A stretch of 64,000 nt of DNA from Octopus sinensis (lineage: Eukaryota). Of this stretch, positions 27,039 through 41,030 are shown one piece after another (position 1 is the first letter of the stretch; each line of letters opens with the position of its first letter). The notes beneath the pieces were generated by a model. The model was not told the origin of the DNA. It searched no databases and saw only the letters and a program-made list of their open reading frames with translations. The stretch spans positions 1-64,000 of the forward strand of contig NW_021837036.1 of NCBI RefSeq assembly GCF_006345805.1, read 5' to 3'. The position numbers and the translations under genes are program-made.

Positions 27039-27599
27039 CTGTAAAGCATTTTATCATAAGTACTCAATTTCCAGCGCAGACGAACACACACTCATGCACT
27101 CAAACATACCCACACATGCACCTACATGCGCGCACACGCTCACACGCACACACACACACACAGAGAAATGCATTGAAAAATTATCTGCAAAGGCAAAATC
27201 AAATCACTAACACAGAAACTAACCGCAGTTCTTTTTTAAAAGAACTAATTTTGTTTTTAAAGACTGCTCAGCCCCTTTTTCTGCCGCAGTATTCGATTCT
27301 GGGGCCGTTAGTCTTTTGTATGTTGTTTGATCTGCAGTCATTTTCTTTCAATTCTTCAAAGTGTAATGATTATATAGGTGCAGGCGTGGCTCTGTGGTAA
27401 GAATGCTTGCTTCCCAACAACATGGTGCTGTGTTCAGTCCCACTGGTTGGCACCTTGAGCAAGATTCTTCTACTATAGCCTGTCGTATATACATTTTCCT
27501 ATATGTCTCCGATGACGGAATATCCCATAGTCTAGGAGAAGTGGATTACATGCTGACCCTGGTTTCTTACCGAGATGTTGTTATGGGTTGGATAAAGCC

Positions 27600-27850
27600 G
27601 AGGAAGCTTCGTCAGAGCAGAGGTTGCCCTCCATAGATGACGTGGCATTCTTCAGCAGTAGCCCTTGTCATCTCGACTAAACAGGCCACTTCTTGTCTAA
27701 TATAAGCAGGGAAATGACAGTGGGAGGATGCAGGTTGTTTGTGTTGGTGGGTTTCACGCAACCAAACATCAGGCAGCAAATGTTGTTCAACACTGGGTTG
27801 AACTACGAGTATAGTTCCATCACTACACCATCCAAACACTTCAAACGCCA
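27600..27850 (-). mobile_element. Possible Ingi/Vingi-type LINE fragment
   Basis: Two frames give FGCVKPTNTNNL and FPAYIRQEVACLVEMTRATAEECHVIYG, resembling the post-RT region of Ingi/Vingi elements; recognition from memory only. Confidence 0.35.
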
Positions 27851-29199
27851 ATCCTTTTAATAATATGTTTCTTTATTAGCCACACAGGGCTGCACACAGA
27901 CGGGACAGATTACAAAGTAGAGCTTTTCTTTTTTGGGGAGAAAAAGATAAAGTGGGGTAGGTTTTCAATCAAAAGGGATCGTAAAAGGGAAAGAAAAAAA
28001 AAAGGAATAAAAAAGAAAAGGAAAAGAAAAAAAGACGATCAATAGGGATCGTGTATCACAAAAATGTCATGATGTAAAGTGTAAAAGGGGAAGCAGATAG
28101 GGTTTATCCGTGGAAAGAAAAGCCTACAGAAAAGACCACGGTAACCTCCGTCAATCCTTTTAATAATATGCAGTCACGGAAAGTAGATATTAAATAAATA
28201 ACGTGCATATCAACTGTAAAACAGATGAACGTTTTACAAGTATGTAGGCACAATTATGGCTCTTTGGTTAAAAAAAAGTTCGCTTTACAGTTCCTTGGGT
28301 AACTTTCTTCTACGATAGTCCCATACTGACCAATGCTTTGGAAGTGACTTTCGTAGTCGGAACAGTGTAGTCGTGTGTGTGTGTGTGTGTGTGTGTGTGT
28401 ATCTCTCTCTATCTATCTATCTATCTATCTATATCTCTCTCTCGCTCTCTCGCTCTCTCTCTGCGTATTCGTGTGTGTGCGTGTGCGTGTGTGCATGTGT
28501 GTGTACGTGTGTGTGTGTGTGTGCGTCTGTGTGTGAGAGAGAGAAAAAGAGAGAAAGAGAGTATGCGCATGTCTTTGTGTTTCTCCCCACATTGCTTGAC
28601 ATCTATTGGCTCGTTAACGACCCCACCTCCATAACATAGCGGTTTGGCAAAAGATATAGATAAAATAAGTACCTGATTTTAAAAGGATAAGCACTGGGGG
28701 CGATTTGTCCGACTAAACCTCTCAAGGTGGTGCCCCATCTTGCCGTCATTCCTTTAACGGATAATACATACATGCATATGTTTGTGTGGATATATAACAA
28801 ACAGAAAGGGAGCAGAACTAGATCCCTAAACTCAAAGCAGCCACAATCTGCATTTATAGACTATAAGGCTACATTTATCACGTAAATCAGGCATTAGGTT
28901 ATTAGAAAAAAACATTATTGGTTCGTTTACTTAAATCTAAGTTTATGAAATTCTCTTAATCTAATGGAGCATTTCACGGTCATAGTAGACATCTTCATTC
29001 TAGGGATCTGTTGTGAAATCTCTTCTTCAACGAGTTTTCATCCCAAAAGAAGCTTTTAATAAAGCAATCTTACCTACACAACAAAAGATAGTTAAAACGG
29101 ACGTCGAAGAGAGGAAAGGCTTCTGTGCCTGGATAATTGCTTGTCTTCCTAAAACATCTTTTTCCCAGGATGCATATAAGTGTGCAGATGTATACTCTT

Positions 29200-29600
29200 A
29201 CTCTTTACTCTTTTACTTGTTTCAGTCATTTGACTGCGGTCATGCTGGAGCACCGCCTTTAATCGAGCAACTCGACCCCGGGACTTATTCTTTTGTAAGC
29301 CCAGTACTTATTCTATCGGTCTCTTTTGCCGAACCGCTAAGTGACAACCAGCATCGGTTGTCAAGCAATGGTATGGGGACAAATACAGACACACAAACAC
29401 ACACACGCATACATATATATATATATACATATATACGACGGGATTCTTTCAGTTTCCGTCTACCAAATCCACTCACAAGGCTTTGGTCGGCCGAGGCTAT
29501 AGTAGAAGACACTTGCCCAAGGTGCCACGCAGTGGGACTGAACTCGGAACCATGTGGTTGGTAGACAGGCTACTTACCACACAGCCACTCCTGCGCCTAC
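29200..29600 (-). mobile_element. SINE family A copy
   Basis: Reverse complement of the family consensus. Confidence 0.9.
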
Positions 29601-29768
29601 GTATGAGTAACATTGGGGGAGGCCCTACATGGAGTCCAGTCTGTATAGATTGTAATGTAAAAGAGGGGACAAAAGGCCACGAACCAAGTTACATATATTA
29701 AAGTAATTAAGGTAATTTTTGACATATATCAGGTTATTGAAATAAGAAAAAAAAATCAATGATAAAGA

Positions 29769-29989
29769 TGTCTGGGGAGAGTCATTTTCTTTTTGTGCCT
29801 TATAATGTAACACACTCACCGGTAAAATTTCCACGTTTTTCTTATTTTTATTATCCTAAAATTTTCGTTGCGTCTTGCAACCTTTTCAATTTTATATTTT
29901 AGGACAATGAAAATAAGAAAAACGTGGAAATTTTACCGGTGAGTGTGTTACATAATAAGGCACAAAAAGAAAATGACTCTCCCCAGACA
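29769..29989. mobile_element. Fold-back/MITE-like palindrome with ~92-bp arms
   Basis: 29769-29862 is the near-perfect reverse complement of 29896-29989. Confidence 0.85.
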
Positions 29990-30599
29990 CAATAGAATAT
30001 GCTTCAACACACGAACTCACATAAAGAATCTTGCAAATCAAATCCAAAAACAAAATGATAAAGATACTTGCTACGTATTATCTTTAGACAATCTGAAGAG
30101 ACGTTATAGTTCACGTCTCCACAAACAATACTCATTATATCAATTTTCTTCACCGCTGTAGGTGTTAGCTTTTTACACATTTTAAAGTTGTATGGTGCAA
30201 TCTTGGTTTTTAGGCCTCAAACAGGGGTTTAAAAAGAATTAGTGTTTCTTCTGATTATATATAATTTTGAAAGGACTAGCTTTCGGGTTGATGCAATTCC
30301 TGGTAGAGTTGTTAGTGATTAATTTACATCGGTAAGGAATGTTATAGTTATAAAGTTAGAATTGAGTGGAAAACAAGACGACTGGTAAAAATTGTAATTA
30401 TTATTAGGCGTAGTCGAAGTGTTTAGATAAGTTTAGCGACACTGCAGGTTTGGAGTCATGGAATAAGAAATCTTTACAGTACTCCTATTGAATATGTTAC
30501 ATTCATGTTGTACGAACTGTTTCTTGAGATGGGAAAATTAGAATTTTACTATGGAGCATTTACTTCTAAAAGGGTAGATTTATATCAGCAGATGTTGCA

Positions 30600-31162
30600 T
30601 TTTCTATTCCTACAGGTGCCGGTATTCATCCCCACATCTTTGAACAGGGCCTTAGCGCAATTCAAACAGCTGCTGTATATGAAGCTGCTGGAGATTGTAA
30701 TCAAATCCTGATTAGGAAACGTTGCTGCTGGAAAGCCTTATGTGTGGCAAAAAGGTTCAGCTCTTTGCGTACCACCGGAGAAAGTCAGAAGTGACTGTCG
30801 GAGAATTTCTACAACTTCACCAGCCCCAATTCCTGGCCTGCTAATTTCGCCGATTATAATACCATGGATCCCTATGTGTAGAGCACGGTTGAAAAAAAAA
30901 TCAATCATTCCACTTAAGATATCAAGGCTTATCTGTTGACCAAAATCAAGGAGGGGTGCAGAGATCTACGTGAGGACAAAGTGAGGAACGGATGCATCTG
31001 GTTCTGGAGCCATCTTGAGGCCGTGATGGAAGTTGGGAGCCGCTATTTTGAGTAAACTGTTTTCCCTCAGCCATAATCTAGTTGATTTTTTTTGATTTTT
31101 GGATGGGATATTCTATTTCCGTTTCCTTTTCTGCAGTTGTCAAATTTAACCCGAATACTCTA
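30600..31162 (+). mobile_element. Decayed DD37D (maT-like) Tc1/mariner transposon, 3' half
   Basis: Remnants of PHIFEQG, AAGKPYVW, ENFYNFTSPNSWPAN, HLEAVME...YFE*; probable right TIR ending CCGAATACTCTA. Confidence 0.7.
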
Positions 31163-31261
31163 CAGTGTTCAACAGTGGCAAAAAATATGTGTTTGAAGTT
31201 CTCGCGTTTATTTACATGTTGCATTGCAAACTGTCAGAAACACGAACTGACGCCTTATATA

Positions 31262-31325
<64 letters not shown>

Positions 31326-31598
31326 AACCCTCGTTTTCTCATTTTTCTTTTCTCCCCTCTCTGTACACGTATCTATTCTTATATACATACATATACACAT
31401 ACATACATGCATACATACATACATACATATTTCTTTTTGAAAACGGTGAAACTTGAAGCAGATAAAGCTACAAATAGAATAAGTCGAGAGCTAGAATAAG
31501 TCGAAAGCTACCTGTGGCAATACATATATACATGTGTGTGTGTGTGTGCGTGTGTAGATACATATGTATGCATGTATGTATGTATTTATGGATGAATG

Positions 31599-31675
<77 letters not shown>

Positions 31676-31847
31676 TCATAAATCCACATGACTACAACAT
31701 AACATAAATTAAAGGAGTACCCATATAGAAGAGGAAATTTTTAAAAAATAGTAAAAGACATCAACTTAATTAATTAAATTAACATTTCAAAGAATGAATA
31801 TGTTAAATTTACAGGAAGCATCATCATCATTATCATCATCATCATTA

Positions 31848-31890
<43 letters not shown>

Positions 31891-31934
31891 TAGTTTAATA
31901 TTCTTCTTTACTTTAACACTATGAGTAGAAGTAA

Positions 31935-32000
<66 letters not shown>

Positions 32001-32661
32001 GAAGGAAGATGGTGGAATGAGATGGAAAATGATAACAATGATAAGTGATGAGGATGATGAGAATAATATCAATATTATGATAAAGAAGAAGAAGAAGAAC
32101 AAGAAGAAGAAGAAGAAGAAGAACAAGAACAAGAACAAGAACAAGAACAAGAAGAAGAACAACAACAACAATAACAACAACAACAACAACATCAACTATA
32201 TTGTTTGAAGTAGTAATGATATAAACAACTGTAAACTATAACAGTCCAGCAATCAAAATGCCAGCAAAAATATAATAAAATAAAACGAAATTCTTGAATA
32301 AAACTTGGGAAAATAAAGAATAAACATGAACAAGGAAATTCTGACCCATTTAGCGGGCACACCTGATTGGTGTAATGCTATCTGGATATGAACTAGTTGT
32401 ATATTGAACATCACAATTATTGGCCGAAAAAATTAGATTCTGATGATAATTAAATAAATAACGAAACATGAAATTAAAAATACGAATTTCAAACAAATCA
32501 AATAATAAATATAGTGAAAAACTGAAGAAATATTCATCTAATATTTTCACTTTTGGAAAATAGAAAAAAATATCAGTAATGACCAATCTTAGCATTATTA
32601 AAATCTTTATTAATGTTACTATTTTGGTTTTATTTGTTCATTGTTATTATTATTATTATTA

Positions 32662-32707
<46 letters not shown>

Positions 32708-32925
32708 GGCGGCGAGTTGGCAGAATCGTTACCACGCTAGACTGAATGCTTAGCCGTATTTCGCCCTTTACTATGTTCTGAGTTCAAATTCCGCCGAGAT
32801 CGACTTTGCCTTTCATCCTTTCGGGGTCGATAAATTAGGTACCAGTTGCGTACTGGGGTCGATTTAATCGACAAGTCCCCTTCCCCCCAAATTTTAGGCG
32901 TTGTATCTATAGTAGAAAGAATTAT
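32708..32925 (+). mobile_element. SINE family B monomer in (TTA)n
   Basis: Complete head to AGAAAGAATTATTATT tail. Confidence 0.9.
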
Positions 32926-32990
32926 TATTAAGTCAGTGATTTTAGAATTATTAACCGAATATTTGATATATTAGAAATTTTTATTGTTAT

Positions 32991-33574
32991 TCAGTAGTCT
33001 TAATTTTATCACTTGCTTCACTTCACTACTGAGCGCAGCTCTGTGTGCCTTGGCTATGTGCTGTGGTTTGTTGTGATGCTCTTATGGTTACTGTACTGAC
33101 AATCTTTTACGAGGATGTGTGCAGTGCCTAGTAGTGCTATTTTCTGTATGTTATACGTATTTGTAAGTCCTGGTGTTTTAGCTATGTATTTGTCTGAATG
33201 TTTTTTTATTATACCTAATGCACCTAATATGATAGGAATTCTTTCTGTTTTTAGATTCCACATTCTAGTTACCTCTATTTCCAGATCTTTGTGTTTTGAG
33301 AGTTTCTCCGTTTCTTTTAGAGATACATTGTCATCTGTTGGTATCGATACATCAATTAGAAGGCATTTTTCCATGGTGATCTTTGACAACTATATCCGGC
33401 ATATTAGCTTTGATTTCTCTAGCTGTGTGTATTGACATATCCCAGATTATGGCTGCTTTCTCATTTCTTGAGACCTTTTCTGGGGTGAGCTTATGCCATC
33501 TTTTTTCTGTTATCATTTCATAGTGGTCGCATAGCTTCCATTGTATCTAGGTCCCAACTCTGTCATGCGAGTGA

Positions 33575-33635
<61 letters not shown>

Positions 33636-34538
33636 TTCTTAGCCAGGATTGAGCACCTAGAGACAATATGATTTATTGTTTCTTCTCCATCACCATATAT
33701 TCTGCAGTTACTTGTATTTTTTTTCATTACGCGGTTTTGGTTATTCCTGGTGGGGAGGCTTTGGTCTTGTGCTGCAATTAAAAATACTTCAGTCTCTGCT
33801 TTGAGCCCTGAGCTACTTAACTATTGTTGGGGTTTTACTTTGTCTGTTTCTTTTCTGTTTTGTTTAACCAAATATTTGCCATGTAAGGGATTTTCTTGCC
33901 ATCATTTTATCATGATACGTTGTTGTTTCAGTTTTAGTTTGGGTTTGAGCTGTTTTACAGCTTTTGTTGTTTCTTCTTTTTCTTCATAGTTGTCAGGTAT
34001 TATCGTTTCTTTCTTGTATTTTTCAGCTTCCTCAAAGACAGAAACAGTTTTTTGTTTTGCGCGTGTTTTGTGGCTATTCGTACCAGTTTTCTTTGTTTCT
34101 GAATTAGGTATTTTTGTAATCCTATGGTGACTATTTTATAATAGTTTTCTAGTTGTATAAAGCTTCTACCACCTTCAATACGTCCTAAATTCTGTCCTAG
34201 TTTTCTAGTTTAGAGTCCAGTTAAGAATACTGTAGCTGTAACTTTGGGGCGGCTAGAGTGTCGGTGCCTATTATCATGTTTTAAGAACTGAGCTCTGTTT
34301 TCAGTATTAATCTAACTCGTCTATAGTATTCTTTTTTTGTTTTCTTTTTCATTTGTGTGTATCGTGTCTAAGTATTCCTAAGTATTTGTATGTCTGGTTT
34401 TGGTCGAATTCTCTTATTTCATTTGCTTTATCTAATGTGATGTTGTTACCCTTAACTAGTTTTCCTTTTTCAAGGTTGCTTTGGCACATTTTTCTAAGCC
34501 AAATTTCATGTTTATTTCTTTGGTAAATCTATACACTT
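32991..34538 (-). mobile_element. R4/Dong-type RLE LINE, 5'-truncated, internally deleted, decayed
   Basis: C-terminus CLLIDVSIPTDDNVSLKETEKLSKHKDLEIEVTRMW...LLGTAHIL; late-RT remnants 33640-34538; (TA)n insertion 33575-33633. Confidence 0.85.
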
Positions 34539-34553
34539 TATTATTATTATTAT

Positions 34554-35009
<456 letters not shown>

Positions 35010-35730
35010 TGTAATTCAGGTTTTGTCGGAACTCTTGGAGTCTTCCATGCGTAGCGGGCTTGCTACCTACAGCCTACGGTATCATGCTATCTGGGTTTTT
35101 TTTTCTTTTTTCAATTATCTAATACTTTCCTGATTATTCTCGCCGTGCCAAGCAGGCAAACCTTTTGTAACATTTCTACTGAGCACTCTATTCCGAGATT
35201 TCCTTAATATTCTTCTTGATGCTTTCTGATAGTGTCCACACGAAGCCAGCAATAATTAGCACTACCTTCACCTTCTCATTTCCCATAGCCTGTATTTAAG
35301 GATTGTATTTGTTTCTATTTTGTCACCTTCCTTCTTGACTATCCGTGGGTCAAAGGAGCATGCAGCATCAATTGCACACTATTATTATCGTTATTACGCT
35401 AGTGCATGCCAATTTGGTTAGCTGGTATTTTATCTTGAGGTTTGGTGAGAACAAGTCTCCTCAATTCTCAAAAATGTGGCTTAGAGTTCTTGTGGTATAT
35501 AAGCTGGTATTTTTCTACAGGTCGACGATACAAATATCAATTCCAGTTTCTTTCATTCTTTCGGGCTTTATTTTGGATGCTGTGCCAAGTGCACCAATTA
35601 CTACAGGAATAATTCTTGGGTATTAACTCCGTCATCATAGTGAAGCGCAAAATCTATGATCTTGCACTGTTTGTCTATTTCGTCCTCTATAATCATGTCT
35701 GGTCTTCTTGCCTCAATAGTATGGTCAGTC
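35010..35730 (-). mobile_element. Fragments of an older R4/Dong-type LINE 3' region
   Basis: Remnants of RPDMII-EDE, IIPVVIGALG, KDASRRILR. Confidence 0.55.
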
Positions 35731-35899
35731 TTTTTGGAAAATGTTTAAAATTGTCTTTCGCAAGATTAGAACTCTCAACTTAAAGAGCCAGAACAAACAC
35801 GACATTTTGTCCAATGCTCTAACGACTCCGCCAGTCTGCCAAATAATTAAAGGCCACTAATGTCTACGATTAATATGTCAATGTGTGTGTGTGTGTAAA

Positions 35900-36115
35900 G
35901 GGAGGTGAGCTAGCAGAATCGTTAGCACACCGGGCCAAATGCTTAGCGGCATTTCGTCCATCTTTACGTTTTTGAGTTCAAATTCTGCAGAGGTCGTCTT
36001 TGTCTTTCACCCTCTCAGGAGTCGATAAAAAAAGTACCAGATGAGCACCGAGGTCGATGTAACCGACTTTACCCTCTTCACCGAAATTGATGATTTGGTG
36101 TCAAAAACTTGAAAC
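35900..36115 (+). mobile_element. Diverged SINE family B copy
   Basis: GGTGAGCTAGCAGAATCGTTAGC head and family B body. Confidence 0.8.
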
Positions 36116-36147
36116 CAGTTCGTAAATATGTATATGACCCTTCACAG

Positions 36148-36243
36148 GAAATCCGTTCTATGGAATTGAAATTGTATCGACCAACAAAGGGAGTTTCACC
36201 AATAATGCCTTTTGTGAAACTAATTACTCCCATCACGAAAATT
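36148..36243 (+). CDS. Weak candidate internal exon (96 nt, symmetric)
   Basis: CCCTTCACAG acceptor and GTAAAT donor; open as (G)NPFYGIEIVSTNKGSFTNNAFCETNYSHHEN or EIRSMELKLYRP...; no homology recognised. Confidence 0.2.
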
Positions 36244-37616
36244 GTAAATTGCATGAACCCTTTTAAAAAATGTTTCCCATTAATAAGTGGTTAGCAGCTA
36301 TGTTATGACGAAAACCACATCAGGCCAAATATTCCATTATTTGATAATAATTAAGGAAAATAGGCAAAATTAGATTTTGATTTAATTCTGCTTCAATGTT
36401 TCTGATTAAAATTAGTAAATCAGTAAAATGCTTATGTAAATTCTAATGTGTATGTGTGTGTGTGTGTGTGCGTGTGTATATATGTGTGTGTGTGTGCGGC
36501 GCGCGTCTATGTATGTGTGAAAGTATATAGATAGATGGATGGATAGATAGATACATACATACATATGTGCACAAATATACATACACGAATGTATATGCGT
36601 ATATGCGCGCGCACGTGTGTGTGGGTACATACATATATATATGCATCCGTGAATATGCTTTGCATATCTGTATGTACGTAGGTAGGTAGGTACTTGCGTA
36701 TGTATGTATGTATGTATGTATGTATGTATGTATGTATGTATGTATGTATGTATGTGTGTATGTTTGTCTGTCTGTCTGTATGTATGTATGTGTGTATGTA
36801 TGTATGTATGTACGTACGTATGTATATATGTATGCATGTATGTATGTATGCTTGTATGTATGTATGCATGCATGTATGTATGTATGTATGTATGCTTGTA
36901 TGTATGTATGCATGCATGTATGTATGTATGTATGCATGTATGTATGTATGTATATATGTATGTATGCATGTAAGTATGTATGTATGTATGTATGTATGTA
37001 TGTATGTATGTATGTATGTATGTATGTATGTATGACTGTATGTATGCATGACGCATGTACGTATACATCAGTGTATTTTTATGCATAAAGGTAAGTACGC
37101 ACGCATATATGTATCTCTACACATACTCATGTATGTGTGATGTGTGTATTTGAAGTTGTATCCTCTTGTCTCTCTAATCTGATGTCTGTGCTGCTGATTA
37201 TTGCAAACTATGATTAAACTGAATAATCGAACCCTGAATGTCATTCAACGAGTTAGAAATTTCAGCTTAACATATACTTTATGTATTGAGTATATGTTTG
37301 ATATATACATATATACATACATAGAAAAACATGCATCTATATATATATATATATAAGAGATAATGGTGTCATTGAGACCCAAAGGTGTCAAGTAATGCTG
37401 AATAAGTGCTATCGACAGACCATAGTTAAGTTCCAGATTCGGTAATATTGCGAATAAAGGGTTCACAACTTTGGTTCTATGTCAGCGTGTGTATATAAGA
37501 ATTTTTTGCGTAATGAGAAGAAAAAAAATCTATCTATAAATGCTTTAATATCTATACAGCCTTGGTTTTTTAACTCATTACGCAAAAAATACATACATAC
37601 ATACATACATACATAT

Positions 37617-38025
37617 AGGAGTGGCTGTGTGGTAAGTAGCTTGCTAACCAACCACATAGTTCCGGGTTCAGTCCCACTGCGTGGCACCTTGGGCAAGTGT
37701 CTTCTACTATAGCCCCGAGCCGACCAATGCCTTGTGAGTGGATTTGGTTGACGGAAACTGAAAGAAGCCTGTTGTATATATGTATATATATATATGTGTG
37801 TGTTTGTGTGTGTTTGTGTGTCTGTTTTTGTCCCCCTAGCATTGCTTGACAACCGATGCTGGTGTGTTTACGTCCCCGTAACTTAGCGGTTCGGCAAAAG
37901 AGACCGATAGAATAAGTACTGGGCTTACAAAGAATAAGTCCCGGGGTCGAGTTGCTCGATTAAAGGCGGTGCTCCAGCATGGCCGCAGTCAAATGACTGA
38001 AACAAGTAAAAGAGTAAAGGAGTAT
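37617..38025 (+). mobile_element. SINE family A copy
   Basis: Full head-linker-tail structure. Confidence 0.9.
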
Positions 38026-38033
38026 ATGTAAAT

Positions 38034-38099
<66 letters not shown>

Positions 38100-38337
38100 C
38101 AGACACTAATTTTCACCGTCGAGGGCTTATATGCCCCAATATTAGACTATTTACCTAAATCAATGCACGGTGATCTATATATATACATATATATAGGTGA
38201 CTAATTCCCAATTTTACCAACTAAAGATAGAAATATATTCGTCACTAAAGTGAATAAGGATACTAATCAGCGACGGTATTGCTAGAAATAAGAGTCAAAA
38301 CAACTCAGTAGCCACAAAAGTAGTATCTTAATGGCTC

Positions 38338-38539
38338 GCACATATAGCCAGATGATTTCGCAATTTGACGCTTAACGCATCTTAATACTCATCGATAAAA
38401 TCTTATAAGCTCACACGGCGGGCTGAGTTTAACCGTAGGCGTGGTGAGTATTAAGATGCGTTTAACCCTAATTACCGATCAGCATTAAGATGTGTTAAGC
38501 ATCAAAATGCGAAATCATCGATGATCTGGCTATATCTGC
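38338..38539. mobile_element. Imperfect fold-back (MITE-like) element
   Basis: ATATAGCCAGATGATTTCGCAATTTGACGCTTAACGCATCTTAAT is inverted at 38484-38535, with an extra partial inverted copy at 38443-38465. Confidence 0.7.
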
Positions 38540-38759
38540 AACCGGTGCCTCCATAGTGGAAGCAATATTATCGATAATTGCCGAAATTGAGTTTGACCTT
38601 CTGGCCAATAATTGATGAGGATTTGGTGAACTTCTGTGTTTCTTGTTCGCCTGTGAATTTAGTATATGTTCATTTGTTTATTTACTACAAGGTTTTTTAA
38701 ATAATTATATATGCATATAGGTATGTCATATTTTCCGTTTGTTGCCTTCTTTATATACA

Positions 38760-39862
38760 GACTGTATACTACAAAAGTCTGAGCATCTCGAAGTGATGAA
38801 TAGATGTATGCACGACTGACAAGGAATAGGATTTCCACTGCAGAACGAAGAGCAGCTGCAACAACTCAGAGAAGCAACTTCTATGAAGCAGCTTTCAATT
38901 ATAATCAAGTAGTTAATTATACAGATGACAGTTTCCATTGGTGCAATGACAACTGAGTGCACATATTGTAAAGCAAGGAGTCAAGATTCAAACCATATCC
39001 TACATTGTAGAGATCGGTTCAGTCATTTCATTGTTGACATGTGTGCAAAAATTGAAAGTGAACGATTATTCTACTTGAGACTCAACCAGAAGAAACCGAA
39101 AGTGGAATCATATGCTCATCTGAAAGACGCAATGTTGAATGACCATGACGTCAACAACATGGGCCAGCTGTTACTGACCAAAGATAAAGTGCTCGGTGCC
39201 GCTAGATGTCACATGTATACAATAGTGTGGTGGAAACGTGGACATCCTGCTCTGGCTTACAGACAAAATCCATGCCAGAATGATAGACAAATTCATCAGT
39301 GCAGAGATACCAGATCCTCAGGAATATCCAGAACTATTCAATACTGTCAAGGCTCACATGGTTCATGTGGGAGCATCAACCTACATGCTCCATGCATGTA
39401 GGATAGAAAGTGTACAAAAGGCGTTCAAAAGAAATTCTTTCAAGAGACACAGACTGGACATGATGGCTATCTACTCTACAGAAGAAGAAAGCCAGGTGAT
39501 GGTGGATTTGAAACTACCATCAAGAAGTCATCTCATACTGAAATTCCAGTTGACAACGGGTGGATAGTACAGTACTGCCCCTCCTCTCCAAGATATTAAA
39601 CACACATATCAATGTTGAGTTCTGTAACTCAATGAAATCCATTAAGTATGTGTGCAAATATGTCAAAAAGGGATCTGACATGGCAGTCTTTGCAGTCCAG
39701 GATTCAGAGAACAATGATGAAATTAAGACCTTCCAAATGGGAAAGTATATCAGCAGCGATGAAGCTTATTGGAGAATCTTCAAGTTCCCCATTCATGAGA
39801 GATATCCGCACGTGCAACATCTTGCAGTTCACTTGGAGAATGGCGACAAAGTGACATTGAGG
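38760..39862 (+). mobile_element. Helitron Rep (HUH) domain fragment, decayed and internally deleted
   Basis: FIVDMCAKIESERLFYLRLNQKK, MYTIVWWKRG.P, ILLWL..KI...IDKFISAEIPDP, HINVEFCNSMKSIKYVCKYV.KGSD, YISSDEAYWRIFKFPIHER.P.VQHLAVHLENG. Confidence 0.92.
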
Positions 39863-39879
39863 TAAAATATACGAAGCCC

Positions 39880-40350
39880 AGTATATCCATCGTGACTACC
39901 CGTCTGATAAGGGTACACCAGGGACATGCATAACAACCACATGTGCACGACATGGTGATCTCATATCAAGATAAACAACGCATGACCTTGCAGGTGGGTC
40001 CCTGTTAGAATTTTCTTCAGGTCGAATAGCCCATCCCGCTCAAAAGGTCCCTGAATAAGGATTGTTTAAGGATGTTGAACGAATCACCCATGTTTCCAAA
40101 GTTGAATTATCCAAACCTCCAAGAATTCCTCTCAACACATGGCTATGATGCTCCCCATCTACTTCTGCTCGTGGTCAGAGATGCACATATCGTCAGCCAC
40201 TAATGGACGTGCTCAACTGGTTAAGGTCAAACAACTGACAAGCAAATCTGTGGTATTGAGCAGAATATTTGCTGTAGCCCATCTTTTATACCAAGACAAA
40301 ACAATATACATGATAACACTTCCAATCACTAAAGAACAGAAGCCATGAGA
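39880..40350. mobile_element. Unclassified ~450-bp interspersed repeat; second copy 54765-55146
   Basis: High identity between 39990-40350 and 54765-55130; no coding signature. Confidence 0.8.
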
Positions 40351-40351
40351 G

Positions 40352-40827
40352 TAAAATCCTGCCTCCTCATTGATATGACTGTCCCAATCGATATAAACGT
40401 ATCTGTCAAAACCTACCAAAAACTGAACAAATATAAAGATCTTGAAATAGAAATGAGAAAATGTGGAAGCTGAAGACTAAAACAATACCTGTTGTCATAG
40501 GTGCCCTGGAAACGATAGCAAAAGGGGCTGATTGCTACCAAGCTCAGATACAAGGAAACCCCAAAATGGCAAAAATTCAAAAGATAGCGCTCATGGGAAC
40601 TGCTCATATCCAACGCCAAATGCTTTCTATATCATCTCAAGTTTTAAAACAAACATAATTTTCGTTTTTTTTTTTAGGCATTCACTAGTACAACACTAAA
40701 TACAAAACCAAATATATGGCACCCTAGGCATAACAACAATACGAACTTCCAACCTGTTGTCTCTTGAGGTCTCTGGGTGAGACTTGGAGCCAACTTGTAC
40801 AAATATAAAAAAAAAGTCAAACATAGA
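40352..40827 (+). mobile_element. R4/Dong-type LINE 3' end (different subfamily) followed by (TAA)n
   Basis: CLLIDMTVPIDINVSVKTYQKLNKYKDLEIE, MWKLKTKTIPVVIGAL...ALMGTAHI. Confidence 0.85.
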
Positions 40828-40922
40828 ATAATAATAATAATGATGATGATGATGATAATAATAATAATAATAATATAATAATAATAATAATAATAATATA
40901 ATAATAATAATAATTATCATTA

Positions 40923-41018
<96 letters not shown>

Positions 41019-41030
41019 CATCATTATTAT

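Noticed and set aside
27222-27340. Minus-strand MTADQTTYKRLTAPES... followed by a GTTAGT donor
   Set aside because: Single short candidate with no compatible partner exon or homology
29004-29179. Open frames on both strands with partial splice signals
   Set aside because: Plus frame has a weak donor, minus frame has a donor but no acceptor; no recognisable homology
30090-30130. CTGAAGA followed by the GAGACGT/ACGTCTC hairpin as a hammerhead
   Set aside because: No GAAA after stem II; the neighbouring 30150-30400 may be a very old Penelope fragment but is too decayed to call
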